Shown here piece by piece: positions 1 to 13,168 of a stretch of 64,000 nucleotides of DNA. The position numbers and the translations under genes are program-made. Below the pieces are notes generated by a model. That model had not been told where the DNA came from. It ran no database searches and was given only the letters and a program-made list of their open reading frames with translations. The first letter of the stretch is position 1. Every line of letters starts with the position of its first letter. Origin of the DNA: Octopus bimaculoides (lineage: Eukaryota); the NCBI RefSeq assembly GCF_001194135.2, contig NC_069000.1, forward strand, positions 10,060,746-10,124,745. Reading direction: 5' to 3'.

Positions 1-1570
1 GTGAAACCAAAACTATTTATAAATACAATGGGATACATCTATCAAACAAATTTAAGTAAAGACAAAAATAATGGGAAGGAAGTTCTAAATACGTGTGTGT
101 GTGCATGCATGCATGTGGTGTACATGTATATGTATGCACACAAACATGCAAGATTCAACAAGAAGGGAGTGGGGGAAGAGTACTTAATGCTGAATGTAGA
201 GTATTATGTTTAATGAAACCAAAACTTGTAGGTTCAAAGTTTTCAGTTCTCTGCTCCTCAGATAAAACATGAGGGGATCAAGAAATATGTTATTTTGATT
301 ATAGGAAAAACTAGGACAATAAGAGTTTTTTTTACTGGGTAACAATTGAAAAGAAGATAAAAATAATGGCAAAAATAGTTTTAGAAGGTTAAAAATAAAG
401 AAAATAAAACTTTAATGATAAGAGATAAAACAATAACAAAATATGAGATAAAGATGAATAACAGTTGTAACTATCAAAGGGTTTGAGAAGAGGAGGAGAA
501 GGAAAGAGTTTTTTGTTTCATTTTTCTTTATATTTCATATTTTACAGGTGCAGTCATTGCTTAAGAATTGTATGTTAAAGCTGAAAGACAAACTGTTATG
601 ATTAGAAAGGGGTTCATGGAATGGTATGTATTATTTACGACATGTGCACACAAGTAAATATGTTCACGCATATACACACATTTGTAAAGAGAGGTGTATA
701 GATGTATAGACACGACTAAGGCAAACAGAGGTGACATAACAACAACAATAATAATAAATGTCAAGATGGAAACGTTGAAAAATGAGTAAACAACTAGTCT
801 CAGCTGCAAGATTTACAGTCTTATGAGATCGCACTGCAAGGGAGTGAAAATATGTAAAATCTCAAAGTGAAAGAAACATATTCGTCCTTCTTACGTCTGT
901 TTTTCCACGGTCGCATGGGTTGGATGAATACAGATTACTGAGGCACGGTTTTATAGTTGAATACCCTCTCTGTTGTTAGCCCTTTACTTCAAAAAGAAGC
1001 AAAGGATATTTTCCTTTTTTATTCTACTTGTCTTTGAAAGTGCAGAGGTAGAGAATGCTTTGTTGATAAAAGCATCAACAAATATCTTCAGTTTTAGTTT
1101 AATGCTTCCATGCAAAGATGTAGCATTTACGCATGTGCACACATGCACACACACACACACATACATATATATCAGTTACAAGGATCCATAAAGAATCAAC
1201 ATGAAGCATGCCGCTAATTGTGTAGACAAAATCACACAGAGCAGAGAGTAAAGTAATTCGTTATCAGTGCAGAAGGCATTGATGAAGTTAAGACACTGCT
1301 GTTGGGTAATCTGCAATTCTAATAGAAAAAAAAAACTATTCAACAAAGAATAAAATAAATAGTGTGACATAAATAAGACAATACAAACAGATGGATTTCC
1401 GAGTGTTGCTATGACTGTTTTTGTTAGGGGTTTCTATTTTGATGTCAATATAAATACAGGTATGGAAGCTAACAGATTATGCAATACACTATGCAACTTC
1501 TCAAAACAGAATGGAGTTTGGGAGTTGCACAGTGTATTTATTGCATAACTTGTAGAACTATATTATGCTT

Positions 1571-2060
1571 ATCGTCATCATTTAACGTCCGCTTTCCATG
1601 CTAGCATGGGTTGGACAATTTGACTGAGGACTGGCAAGCCAGCAGGCTCCAATCGGATCTGGCAGAGTTTCTACAGCTGGATGCCCTTCCTAACGCCAAC
1701 CACTCAGAGAGTGCAGTGGGTGCTTTTACGTGCCACCGGCACGAGGGCCAGTCACACAGTACTGACAACGGTCACGCGCTAAAAGGTGTTTGTTACGTGC
1801 CACCTGTACAAGAGCCAGTCCAGCAGCACTGGCAACGATCTCGCTCGAATGATTTTCTAACGTGCCACCAGTACAAGTGCTAGAAGGCGACGCTGGTAAT
1901 GATTATGCTCAAATGGTGCTATTTACGGGCCACTAGCATGGAAGCCAGAGGGTTGTCTGCCAACGAACATGCTCGGACAGTGCTGTTAGTGCTCCACTGG
2001 CGCAGGTGCCAATCATCGAGTATGGTTCAATTACGATTTCTATTTGACTTGCCCCAACAG
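1571..2060 (-). mobile_element. Family D retroposon (RTE-like 3' tail ending GGAAAGCGGACGTTAAA(TGA)n) with an internal ~65-bp tandem array
   Basis: Near-identical tail sequence recurs at 7577-7745 and 26737-26934, with degenerate copies at 893-980, 24538-24720, 41303-41400 and 63320-63490. Confidence 0.8.
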
Positions 2061-2748
2061 GTCTTCGCAACGAAACAACTGTAGCAACAACCAGAAATCC
2101 ATTTGTTTGTTTTTCTTTTATTCTACACACACACACGTTCATATATATATATATGATGGGCCTCCATCAATTCAACTGTCTACATTATAGACACCAATAC
2201 ACACACAGTCTCTTATTATTGAGTACCAACTAATTTGGGGACTGTTTGACTTCTACTTGGTCAACTTGTTTGCAGACATGATTTGTGTCATAGCAAGCAT
2301 TATATTTATTTGGATTATATTCATATATTTATATTCCAAAACTGGCTTTTTAGAACAACATACTACTGGTCTAAAATATTAGTTCCTTTCTTTTTCTTCT
2401 TTTCTTTCTTAACATGTTTCAGTTTTACTAATAGCGTTTCATGATATGAATGGTTGCAGAAACAAACATGTTTATTACAAGAGAACAACGAGATAAAAAT
2501 ATACACATTCTCTTTATATGATAAATCAGTCATTCTTTCTCTTTTATTTTTTTTTCATATAAGACTTTATGTCAAAGCTTTGAGAAAATTTATAATTATA
2601 TACAATTATTCATTGAAGCCTTTCAGCGAATAATATTGTTTTGGACAAGTTGAGGGGGGTACTCTATGGAGTGCATGCGAGTTTTGTTGCCACTTCATGC
2701 ATACGTAAATATGTATGTATGTGTATATGTATGTATATGTGTGGTATG

Positions 2749-2790
<42 letters not shown>

Positions 2791-3610
2791 TGTGTGTGGT
2801 CATGTGTTTATATATGTGTGTGTGCATGTGTGTGTATGTGTATGTATGTGTGTATGTTTTTATACACACACACACTCACTCACATACACAGACATATAAT
2901 TAACATGACTCTTAGTTTTAAATTAAAAAGCTCCAAATGAAATTAGTGAAGCACTAGCATAGTATAAATAAAGACATTAGAGAATTAAGAGTGAGATACC
3001 CGAGGGTATGTTGTTTGGTACTGCACTGAAAGGAGTGAATGTTGGACAGAAAAAACAAAAAAAACAACTTGATATCCAATTAATTAAATAAGTGCAAGTC
3101 CAATCAACAGAGGTAAATGAAACAGAACACAGTAAACAATTCAAAATAATGGAAAATTACAATTACAAATAATACAAGTATAAACATCCATACCCATCGG
3201 ATATTTCCGTCAACAAAGACAATTGCAGGAAGTTATAAAAGGACATGAAACAAGAGTGCTGTAGAAATAACTGCAATATGTTTGTTTATTGCTTCAATAA
3301 AATGGGTGACAGAGAGAGAGAGAGAGAGAGAGAAAAAAGCAGATGGGCAGACAGACAAAAAGAAGAGCAAGGGCCATTGAATGCTGAGTTTGAACAAACA
3401 ACTCCAGTTCAGGGGACAACATAGAAAATGGCAGAGTTAAAAAAAAAAAATAATAAAATAAAATAAACAAACCTGAAGACCTTATTTGGAGATACTCCGA
3501 TAATTCATGCAAATGTAAGAGTTTGTAAACCCATATTGTCAGAACAGAAAATATGAGAAAAAAAAAAAAACAAAAAAAAAAACACCTACAGAAACAAATG
3601 AAACACTTAC

Positions 3611-5915
3611 CTAAATTTGAAGGGTCTCGGGAAACATCTTGTTCCAGTATAGGTAAAGATGCAGTTGATTGACTTTCAGACTTTGTGTCATCGAGAAAAG
3701 CGTGCTTATCATCAGGAGGTCGGTCGTTCTCTCTCTCTGCGGAAGCCGTTGCCGTTGTCACACCAGATGAAATGCATGCATACTGTGTCTGTGAGTCAGT
3801 GTATGTGTCTGAAGAACTGTTGGTATCAGGGTTAGCACAAGAAAGATCATTCTCTTCTTTGATAGTGTGTTTAGTGTCTGGCTCGGATTTCTCCAGCTTC
3901 ACGTGTACCTGCTGATCGCCAGATTCCATTGGTGCATCAACAATGAGATCATGCTTCCAGTCATTACTAGAGTTTGTTGACGATGCACTATGAGAATCTG
4001 GCATGGCCACCACTACGGAACTTGTAGTAGAAGCTCCTTCTACTACTTGTGACCTGTGAGATGTGGTGGAGCTATCGTTATTGTTATTGTTGTTGTTATT
4101 GTTGGCTGTTGTGTTTGTGTTGTTAGTGTTGTTTGTGGGTGAGTTTTGTACAGTGGTTTCATTGTGTTGTGTTCTAACGGAGGGATGTGTAAATATGGGA
4201 GGTGATGGAGACAAGGTGGTTAGATGTGGTGGTGGTTTTATTATTGTGTTTGGATGAGAATTACCTACAAATGAAGGCATCGCTTTGTCGATGCCAGTTG
4301 AGCCAACAATTTGTTGTACGTCAGAAGTATCCATTGGACGGCAACTCTGTGATATCATAGACTCTAACGTAGATGCAGCATGAGGTTTAGAAAGTGACAG
4401 CTGATGCTCTGACACCGTTGTATCTGCCTCAACTCGTACGTCCGCTGATGAAGGGACCACACTGGGTTCGGCTGTTGGGACTACTTCTTCGATGCGGCAT
4501 GTCGAAGCTACACCACTCTGACTGTCATCCGCAATAGCCACCAAGTTGTGGTCACCAACAAGACCTGCCTTGGAGACAAGTTTATTGTCCATGCCAATTT
4601 TGAACTCAAATTTGGTGACTAAACTTAACTCACTAGAATTGTCCGAGTTCATATTACAAGACACGCGCTGAGAAAAGCCAGACACAGGGGTGATATTTGG
4701 ATTTTTTATATGGAAGGTCCCTTCCATCACTTTTGGTGAGTTGGAAATGTTTACAGAAACATTTGCTTCATCACAGACCTTTTTCTGGGAGGGCTGTTGG
4801 TTTGGTGGAGAAAGCTCAAGCTTTCGTTTGCTGAGCTGGCTGATGTCCACATAACTGGGTTGGCTCAGCAAGGTAGCCGAAGGATTGTTGGTCCCTAGTA
4901 AACTATCTATAGCAACTGGAATGTTGACATCTTTATGTAATCCACCAGCATGGCCGTCAGCAGGTATAATCCTGGTCACTGGCTGCTGCCGGTTGTCCAA
5001 ATTAAATAAATGGTGTTGATCAACGTTGGATGAAATGGCATCTTCAGAGTCTTTTATTTTAACTGTCTGACCATAGTGAGTCCGCACAAAGGTTTCATGA
5101 GGATGGCTTGTTGCTTCGATGGATCGTTGGTTGTGTAAATGAGAGTCGCTTTGTGGGGAGCGGTGGTCAGGTTGAATCGTGTCATCATCGTCGATGATAA
5201 TGTGAACTTGTGAAGTGCTGTTGTCAACACTTTGGTCAGGCAGCATGGGCCGAATGCCACTGATCAGAGGGTTTTTGGGGAAAGAGCAACTTACCTGATG
5301 ATAGTCATATTCTTTTTTGGGGACAATATTTGTACATTCAATGACATCTGTATTTTCTGGCTGCGAACTCTCAACAATCATACTACTACTACTATTACCA
5401 CTATTACTTCTGTCGTAAGTCCGAGGGTTCTCAATGACAGATTTATATGCTCGGTCCTTATCTCTGTTATTTCGGCGAGGCACATTACACCGAAACGGTG
5501 AATCAGACTGCTTGATGTCAATAATTTCAATGTCTGGGTCAGTCTGGTCACTACACGAGGGGTTAGAATGGGGTTGCAGCGGTTTTCGAGAAATATCAGC
5601 AGTAGAAAAACTACAGTTTTTGGTAGAAGACGACGTGGAACTAGGGTATCGACCGAGATCTTCTAGTTCTCGAAGAGTATTAGCCTCAATGCGGTCTAGA
5701 GCAGCTAGACCCGATTCTGGTTCATTGTTTGAGTTCTTCACATTCATTCTGTCTTTGTATGAAGGATACATGGAATCTGGTGACTTTTCATATGTGATTT
5801 TAGATGAAAGTTTCTCAGCAGAATCATAACGCATGTTTTTCAAAGGACTTCTTCGATTTGAGCCAGAGTCAATCTCAGCCTGGTCACTGACTTGGTTTTC
5901 AGTTTCGCAAGAGTC
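3611..5915 (-). CDS. 2305-bp giant exon of the FHA gene; about 768 aa, S/T/D/N-rich and probably disordered
   Basis: Lies within the 887-codon ORF 3294-5957. Acceptor TTCTTCATTTGCAG (AG 5917-5916), donor G|GTAAGT at 3610, phase 0 to 1. ORF sequence outside these sites is low-complexity intron read-through. Confidence 0.9.
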
Positions 5916-6050
5916 CTGCAAATGAAGAAGAAACAATATGAAATTATAAACCAGCAAGGGAATTATTCAATTTGAGTGAATGTAAAGAACAAACGAAATG
6001 CTGCTAAGCATTTTGCCTGGCATGCTTACAATTTTGACTGCTCAGTACCT

Positions 6051-6082
<32 letters not shown>

Positions 6083-6580
6083 ACAGCAACAACAACAATA
6101 GAGCAAAACCAATTTCAGACAAATTTACTTTTATATCTTTTTACATCTATAAATTCATTGGTGGCAATAAATTTCCAATGGGTAAGTCACTGGTTTATTG
6201 CAATTGTGATGGTGAGTGTGACAAGCAGATATCTGTGCAACTCAAGCAGAATACCACAAAAGGTAATTTGTTTGATGAAGGTTTGTGGCTTAATGGTTGG
6301 GATGTTGCAGCTTCAATACCTGGAGCAAACAGTGTGTTGGGTTCTTAAGCAAAACGTTTCATTTCCCTTCACTCCAGTTCACTCAACTACGAATGAGTAT
6401 GATATAGCTGAACGCCTCAATGCTGTAGATCAGGGATCTGTATAAGATTTTGGGGGGTCCTCACAAGCAAAGTAGTAAATTAGGGATTCACAGTAATATT
6501 TTAAGGGCTCATGAAAATTTTTTGCATTAGATGTATTTATTGCAAGAAACAGCTAGGTTTCATTCTCTGAGATTTTACAT

Positions 6581-6794
6581 ATGTTAGGGTGCCGGGTGAA
6601 ATGCTTAGCGGTATTTCATCTGTCTTTACGTTCTGAGTTCAAATTCTGCTAAGGTCAACTTTGCCTTTCAATCTTTCGGGGTCGATTAAATAAGTACCAG
6701 TTACGCACTGGGGTCAATGTAATCAACTTAATCCCTTTGTCTGTCCTTGTTTGTCCCCTCTATGTTTAGCCCCCTGTGGGCAATAAAGAAATAA
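6581..6794 (+). mobile_element. Family B tRNA-derived SINE, 5'-truncated, alternative 3' tail
   Basis: Box-B-like GAGTTCAAATTC and central GCCTTTCAATCTTTCGGGGTCGATTAAATAAGTACCAG shared with 20484, 21655, 60869 and 61094. Confidence 0.8.
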
Positions 6795-6915
6795 AATATG
6801 CTTCCAGCCACTGAAACATATTCTTTCAAAAAGTGTTATTAGAAATTCACACAAGTGGAAGTGTGAAAAACGGTGTAGGAATTTTGAAAGAAATATCTAT
6901 AAAATTACTTTTTAA

Positions 6916-7135
6916 TCCTTTAGTATTCGGATTATTCTGCCAAAATTTAATGCTTATTTATTCAAATTGTCTTGAATTAATCATGCATTATCTTGCCGCT
7001 TCAAGATTTTGATGATGTGATTGTTCATTCATAGAATACCTTTATAGGGTAGGCGTGAAAGGCTGGAACTGGCTGATTTGGACGTTAAACAGGTAGAATA
7101 TTTTGGCAGGTCATGGTCAGTTTAAATGCTAATAA
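6916..7135 (-). mobile_element. piggyBac-type MITE, degenerate
   Basis: TTAA then TCCTTTAGTATT; internal sequence matches copies at 43622 and 46566; the other end is eroded. Confidence 0.6.
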
Positions 7136-7255
7136 ATAAACATCAGATGGCTAGGGGAGGAGGGGGTCCATCAGAATAAAATGGTAACCAAAGAGGTCCA
7201 TAAATAAAATAAAAAAAAGGGGTTGACAACCACTACTGTAAATGGTAAAACTTAC

Positions 7256-7369
7256 CAAAGTTGTGGTATCAGAAACTGATGAGTTCTGATTCTGTACAGG
7301 CTCTTCACATACATCTCTCGGGGTCGTACTGCTGCATTCTACAATGGAGGTTTCTTCACATGGTAATCT
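7256..7369 (-). CDS. 114-bp symmetric exon of the FHA gene (RLPCEETSIVECSSTTPRDVCEEPVQNQNSSVSDTTTL)
   Basis: Pyrimidine-rich acceptor ending TTCTTCCGCAG and donor GTAAGT at 7255. 38 open codons, phase 0-0, compatible with both neighbours. Confidence 0.75.
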
Positions 7370-7547
7370 CTGCGGAAGAAAAAGAAAACAACAATCCTCA
7401 TCATCATCATCATCAGCATCATATTCATCATCAACATTTACTATATTTTTATAATATTTTCTTCTAGTGTTCTGTTTGTTTTGCTGCAACACATGGGTTG
7501 TCTTTGGATGGTCCCAGCAGCACTTTTTTTTTTTTTTTTTTGAAATT

Positions 7548-7745
7548 AGATTGGAGCCTGGTGTAGCCTTCTGGTTCAGAAGGCTACACCAGGCTCCAAT
7601 CTGATTTGGCAGAGTTTCTACAGCTGGATGCCCTTCCTAACGCCAACCACTCTGAGAGTGTAGTGGGTGCTTTTACGTGCCACCCGCACGAAGGCCAGTC
7701 AGGCGATACTGGCAACGGCCACACTCAAAATGGTGTATTTTACAT
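7548..7745 (-). mobile_element. Family D fragment ending in a perfect fold-back palindrome next to a poly-T run (7524-7541)
   Basis: 7577-7745 matches family D; 7548-7573 is the exact reverse complement of 7577-7602. Confidence 0.85.
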
Positions 7746-8683
7746 GAGCCTGAACAAAAAGACAGGACATTCATGACTGGAATGTCTTTGATCTCAGGTC
7801 AATGGAGGCTGAACTGATATTAAACAACAACTTTTTGAAAACCGATAAAGTTGCTGGTATTGTTGCTGTCCGTTTATTACTAACACACAAGTGTGATATG
7901 GCAACAGTATCAAATATCATATGTTATTATCATTATTGTTGTTGCTACTGTTTTTCATATGATGAGTGTGGCAGAAGTAATCACATAGGTTACCAGCTAA
8001 CGACTGAGAAATGAAATGAAATGGAATATGGCTTTGGTATGAATCAACAGAAGATTAATAGATACTTCGTTAATAGGATATCAGCTGGTAGTTCAGAAAA
8101 TAATGATGGGAGAAAGAGAAAATAAAAAGACTGACTTTTTCCAAAGACAGGATGAGAAAACAATATTTAGTATAAAAACAAAGAAAGAAAAGACAAAAAA
8201 AAACCAACTTTGTATAATAAACACTTGTTTGTGACATTCTAAGTGTGACATTGTTGTATTATAAAATTGGTAGTTCCATCATCAACATCACCACTACCAC
8301 TATGAGTATCAGCATCACTTATCACTACAACTAGCGCCACCAACATCATCCACTGCTAGCATCAGTATCATTATCAACACCATCACTATACACATTATCA
8401 AACGATAAGGAAGCCAAGAGACTAAAAGTTATGTAGTTTTTAGCTTCAACTCTGAATGTACTAAGTTCAAATCCATCTTGTTGGTATAATAAAAGTNNNN
8501 NNNNNNNNNNNNNNNNNNNNNNNNNNNNNNNNNNNNNNNNNNNNNNNNNNNNNNNNNNNNNNNNNNNNNNNNNNNNNNNNNNNNNNNNNNNNNNNNNNNN
8601 NNNNNNNNNNNNNNNNNNNNNNNNNNNNNNATTACAAGGATTTGCTGTATTAGTGCATGGCCCTGAAATGTGCAAACACAGGG

Positions 8684-9018
8684 TTTTAGTCGAACAAATC
8701 GACCCCAGGACTTATTATTTTAAGCCTAGTACTTATTCTATCAGTCTCTTTGCTGAACTGCTGCTATGGGGACATAAACACACCAACACTGGTTGTCAAG
8801 CGGTGATGGGGTGACAAATACAGACACAAAGACACACACACACACATATATATATGATAGGCTTCTTTCAGTTTCCATCTACCAAATCCACTCACAAGGC
8901 TTTTGTCAGCCTGAGGCTATAGTAGAAGACATTCGCCCAAGGTGCCACATAGCAAGACTGAACCCAAGACCATGTGGTTGGGAAGCAAGCTTCTTATCAC
9001 ACAGCTACGCCTGTGCCT
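8684..9018 (-). mobile_element. Family A tRNA/CORE-like SINE
   Basis: Aligns by eye along its length to the reverse complement of the full copy at 44628-45072. Confidence 0.85.
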
Positions 9019-10239
9019 CCAAATATTTTAATTTGAGAGCAAATATGGGAGACAACTGTGAACATGTTTCTGGCTTATTCAGTCCCACTGCTTGGCACCT
9101 TGAGCAAATATCCTCTTCTATAGTTCTAAGATGACTAAATCCATATGGGGAAATATGGATAGAAGGAAACTAAAAATAAAAAAAAAATGGCTTTCTTTAT
9201 AAGTGTGTGTCTCCTTGTTTTGTCATCATGTGCTAATTGTAAAAAATACTTCCCCATCATACAGTGATATTTCTTTCTAGTCTTCTGTGAAAAGGTATTT
9301 GGACCAGGGAGGAAAATATTACCTTGCTTTTGAAATAGGTGACAGTTAGCAACAGAAAGAGCATGCAGCCATATAAATTCTGCTCCCACAAATATCATCT
9401 GATCCATGCAAGAGAGAGAAGTGTAAAGTATGATGATGATGACTGTCTTACATGATGCAAATTGCTGCAAACAAAGCCTTGCTCTTTTAACTTACTTAAA
9501 ATTCCTCTTAAAAGTTCAAGGCTTCCTTTGGGTTTAATCACAATACTTACTTATTCTACACACACATAATGGCAGTATTTCATACCTATTCAAAGCTGAC
9601 AGGTATTATGATTAAACAGAAAGAGAGCTTTCAGCTTTGTACAAGGAAATAAGGCAGTACTTGAGCAAGTCTTTTGTCTCAGAAAGTTGCAGCACTGACG
9701 AAGAATATTTTTAACTTTTATCGTTCAAACAAGCTGGATATAGACACCATAAACACAGTATTATTTATTCAAACACAACTGTATCTTAACTGATTAACAC
9801 GTTAGCTGAATTAAAGCTAACATATTTAATGAGAGATCGATAAAAAGCTAACTAAAACTAGTAAGATTATAATTCTTTAGAATTATGAAGAGTTATAATC
9901 TTACTGTTCACCTCATCTTTGGAAATGAAATATTAAAAAAAAATATTTTACATGTACAGTGCATCTCTATTAAGTTTCAACTCTGATTGTAATTGGGTGT
10001 CTTATTCATGAATGTAATACAAGTGGGTGAGAGTTATCATGAGTTTAAGGATAAAGAATTTTAGATTGAATCCAGTGTAGTGCTATATAGAAATTCAAGA
10101 ACAAGCGAGCCAATGGCGATTGAAAGTAGCAAAAGAAAACCAAACGGAACATTGTAGATATTAAAAAAAGGGTTGCACCTCCAACAATGAGTTTAGTAAA
10201 TTTGAAAACTTATAGTTATATCAACTCAGATATCTTTAA

Positions 10240-10773
10240 TTTTTTATTTGTTTCAGTCAGTGAGTTGTGGTCATGCTGGGGCACAGCCATCATTGGTTTA
10301 AGTCAAACAAATCAACTCTGGTGCCTAAGTTTTGTATAGGTCTGGTACATAGTCAACTGATCCCTTCTACTGAACTACTAAGTTAGAAGGACATAAATAA
10401 ACCAACACCAGTTATCAAATGGTAGTAGGGGATACACACACACACACACACACACATATGAGGGGGTGCTGAAAATTTTTCCTGTCTTTGGGTAAAGGAA
10501 AATACAAGAGGATACATTAATTATGATTTTATTCAACATATTTCCCTCTTATTGCAGTGGTCCTTCAGTTTTTCTAAGCTCTGTAAAAGAACTCAGAAGG
10601 TTGGGCCTCCAACCAGGCCTTTCACAATACCCTTCTACACAGTTTCCATCTATCAAACTCACAGGGCACTTGGCAATAAAAGATGACACCTGCCAATGGT
10701 ATAGAGCAGTGGGACTGAACCTGAAACCACATTGCATAGCAAGCTTCCTAACCACCCAGCCATGCCTCTCCCT
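10240..10773 (-). mobile_element. Family A SINE split by a mariner MITE in its central microsatellite
   Basis: Tail half at 10240-10445 and head half at 10635-10773 are collinear with the family A copies. Confidence 0.7.
10457..10634 (-). mobile_element. Mariner-derived MITE remnant (one TIR plus transposase C-terminus)
   Basis: TA followed by TIR-like TGAGGGGGTGCTGAAAA. The minus strand gives WLEAQPSEFF / LQSLEKLKDHCNK / RGKYVE* across frameshifts, matching the mariner C-terminal W...Q..FF..G..KL..R..KC....G.YVE pattern. Confidence 0.75.
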
Positions 10774-11699
10774 ACATTTATATATTTTAAAAAACTAATA
10801 CTAAGTATGGGGTCTAGCAGACCACTAACTGTAGAAAAAACACCAATAGTTAATAATTTAATTTGAGAGCAAGTAAGGGAGACAACTCTGAACATGTTTC
10901 TATCTTATCCAGACTGCGATGGCAAGATTTCAGCCTTCTACCTTTGATAGCAGTAAACAACACAGGGAGGAATCAACTTCTCTAATAGACCATTTGAATT
11001 GAATGCACTGTCAACGTAGCTAATACCATTAGTAATTATGAATGTTAAGTGGTTGATAAGCAAAGAAAGAAGATGAGGCAGCCAAGTGACACTAGAGGCA
11101 TTATTTTCGCATAAAAATAAAGCGACGAGAAAACAATGTCGGGTTAAACAAGTTTCTGGAAAACATTAGTCGGCGTGGAACTAGACAAAAGGCAGTAATG
11201 AAACTAAAGAAATGACACAAAGCACACACACACAACAAAAATACACAAAGACATAAAGTTTTATTCTGTTCTGAAGAGAAGTACTTATGGCTATCATGTG
11301 AGATCACATGGTTAAAAATATATTTAACACTTTAGTAGTATTTCGTCATCATTATTTTGTCATTACAGTTCTGTAACAGATACATTAGTTATGTCTGGCA
11401 GTATTAGCGATACTGGAATGAAATGTGGATTAATCATTTCACTAACCCATTCCCCACTTACACACACACACACACACATACATACGCATGCACGCACGCA
11501 CACCTTCTTTAGTAAAGTGTCCATTTTTGTCTTGAGGGACACAACTAAACTCTTACTTGAGAATAAACTGCAGCAAAAGTAAATTAGATGTCAAGCAATG
11601 CAGCTATAGCAACCAACACCCAGCTATGATGTCTTAAACATTAGATGGGCCGCATATTGTATGTAAGCGCATGCATGCACACGTGTGCATGTATAGAGG

Positions 11700-11927
11700 T
11701 TCTTTCATTCTTTTCTTTGCCTCAGTCATTTGACTGCAGCCATGCTGGAGCACTACCTTTAAGGATTTTAGATGAACAATTTGACCCCAGAGCTTATTAT
11801 TTTTAAGCCTAGTACTTATTCTATCAGTCTCTTTTGCCGAACTGCTAAGTTACAGGGATGTAAACACACCAACACCCATTGTCAAGCAGTGATGCGGGGA
11901 CAGACACAAAGACATGTGCCTAGGTAC

Positions 11928-11989
<62 letters not shown>

Positions 11990-12392
11990 GTATANNNNNN
12001 NNNNNNNNNNNNNNNNNNNNNNNNNNNNNNNNNNNNNNNNNNNNNNNNNNNNNNNNNNNNNNNNNNNNNNATATATATATATATATATATATATAATATA
12101 ATATAGGATAAAATCTTTATAAGAATTTATCAAGTAGTCAGCGTGAAAAAAAAACCTCATAATGAAAAAAAATTCATCATTTTTTTCCATAAATATATAT
12201 AATTTATATAAAGGGCATTAACTGTGTAGTAATGCCTCACGCTTCGAGGGACTAAATAAGTAAAAAAAAATTATATATATATGTATATATATATATATAC
12301 GATGAGCTTCTTTCAGTTTCCATCTACCAAATTTGGTTAGCTTGAGGTTATATTAAAAGACACTTGCCCAAGGTGCCATGAAGTGGGGCTGA
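11700..12392 (-). mobile_element. Family A SINE halves separated by an expanded (TA)n, a gap and AT-rich sequence
   Basis: Tail half 11700-11915; head half 12298-12392. Confidence 0.65.
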
Positions 12393-13136
12393 ATTTGAGC
12401 TCTCAATGGAAAGATCCACAATAGATAACTGTAAAGCATTTTGTCTTGTGCTTTAACAATTTCACCCAATCTACTAATACGGACTACTATTTAATTTATT
12501 GATCTTGAAATGGATGTAAGACAAAACTGTGATTCCAAATTAAAGCAACTGTTGTGAGATTTGAACTCAGCATCTAATCAACCAAGAACAAACCAATTAC
12601 TGACAAAAAAGAAACAAAACAAAGCAAAACAAATAAGTGTTACGTTTAATTTAGGTGCCATACTGTTTTAACAATCTTTTATTGCCTTTAATATAATTAA
12701 GAATAATGAGAAAATGCAAAAACATAAAAATGAAAAATATAAAGAAATAATAAAACCACGAAGAACAAAGAGATTAAAAATTGGTTAAAATAATTAGTTT
12801 TTTATTTCTTTACTTTTCTTAATATTTTACATGAATTTTTTTCTTAAAAGCTTATTTTGAAATGAGTTTTCTTCTTTAGTGCTAAAATTTTCATTTTTAA
12901 GGAACGTTTTTAATATTTTTGAAGGCCATTTCTTTATTATAGTTATACAATAGAAATCATAGACTGTTTTGTTCCTCTGTGTGTGTGTGTGTGAGTGCAC
13001 ACAGGTGAAGCATTTGCTCAGGGCTCTCTAGTGTATGTTAACCATTAATATCAGTTAGTTCGCACAGCTACATCTTTCTGAATCAAGCACCAATACCATA
13101 GGGATCTGCTAAGAATCTCTGTGTGTGTATGTGCGT

Positions 13137-13168
<32 letters not shown>

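Noticed and set aside
2-226. 13-bp direct repeat TGAAACCAAAACT at 2-14 and 214-226
   Set aside because: No element features between the copies; an A-rich word that also occurs near 17055.
1725-2040. CRISPR-like periodicity (also 30630-30940 and 58381-58693)
   Set aside because: Eukaryotic context, mutually homologous spacers, degenerate repeats and no cas genes.
3294-3610. Hydrophobic C-terminal tail of the 887-aa ORF, resembling transmembrane segments
   Set aside because: It lies past a consensus donor at 3610 and is T-rich intron read-through.
5998-6348. 116-codon plus-strand ORF inside the 1.3-kb intron
   Set aside because: Starts in a CAA microsatellite; no domain, splice partner or other support.
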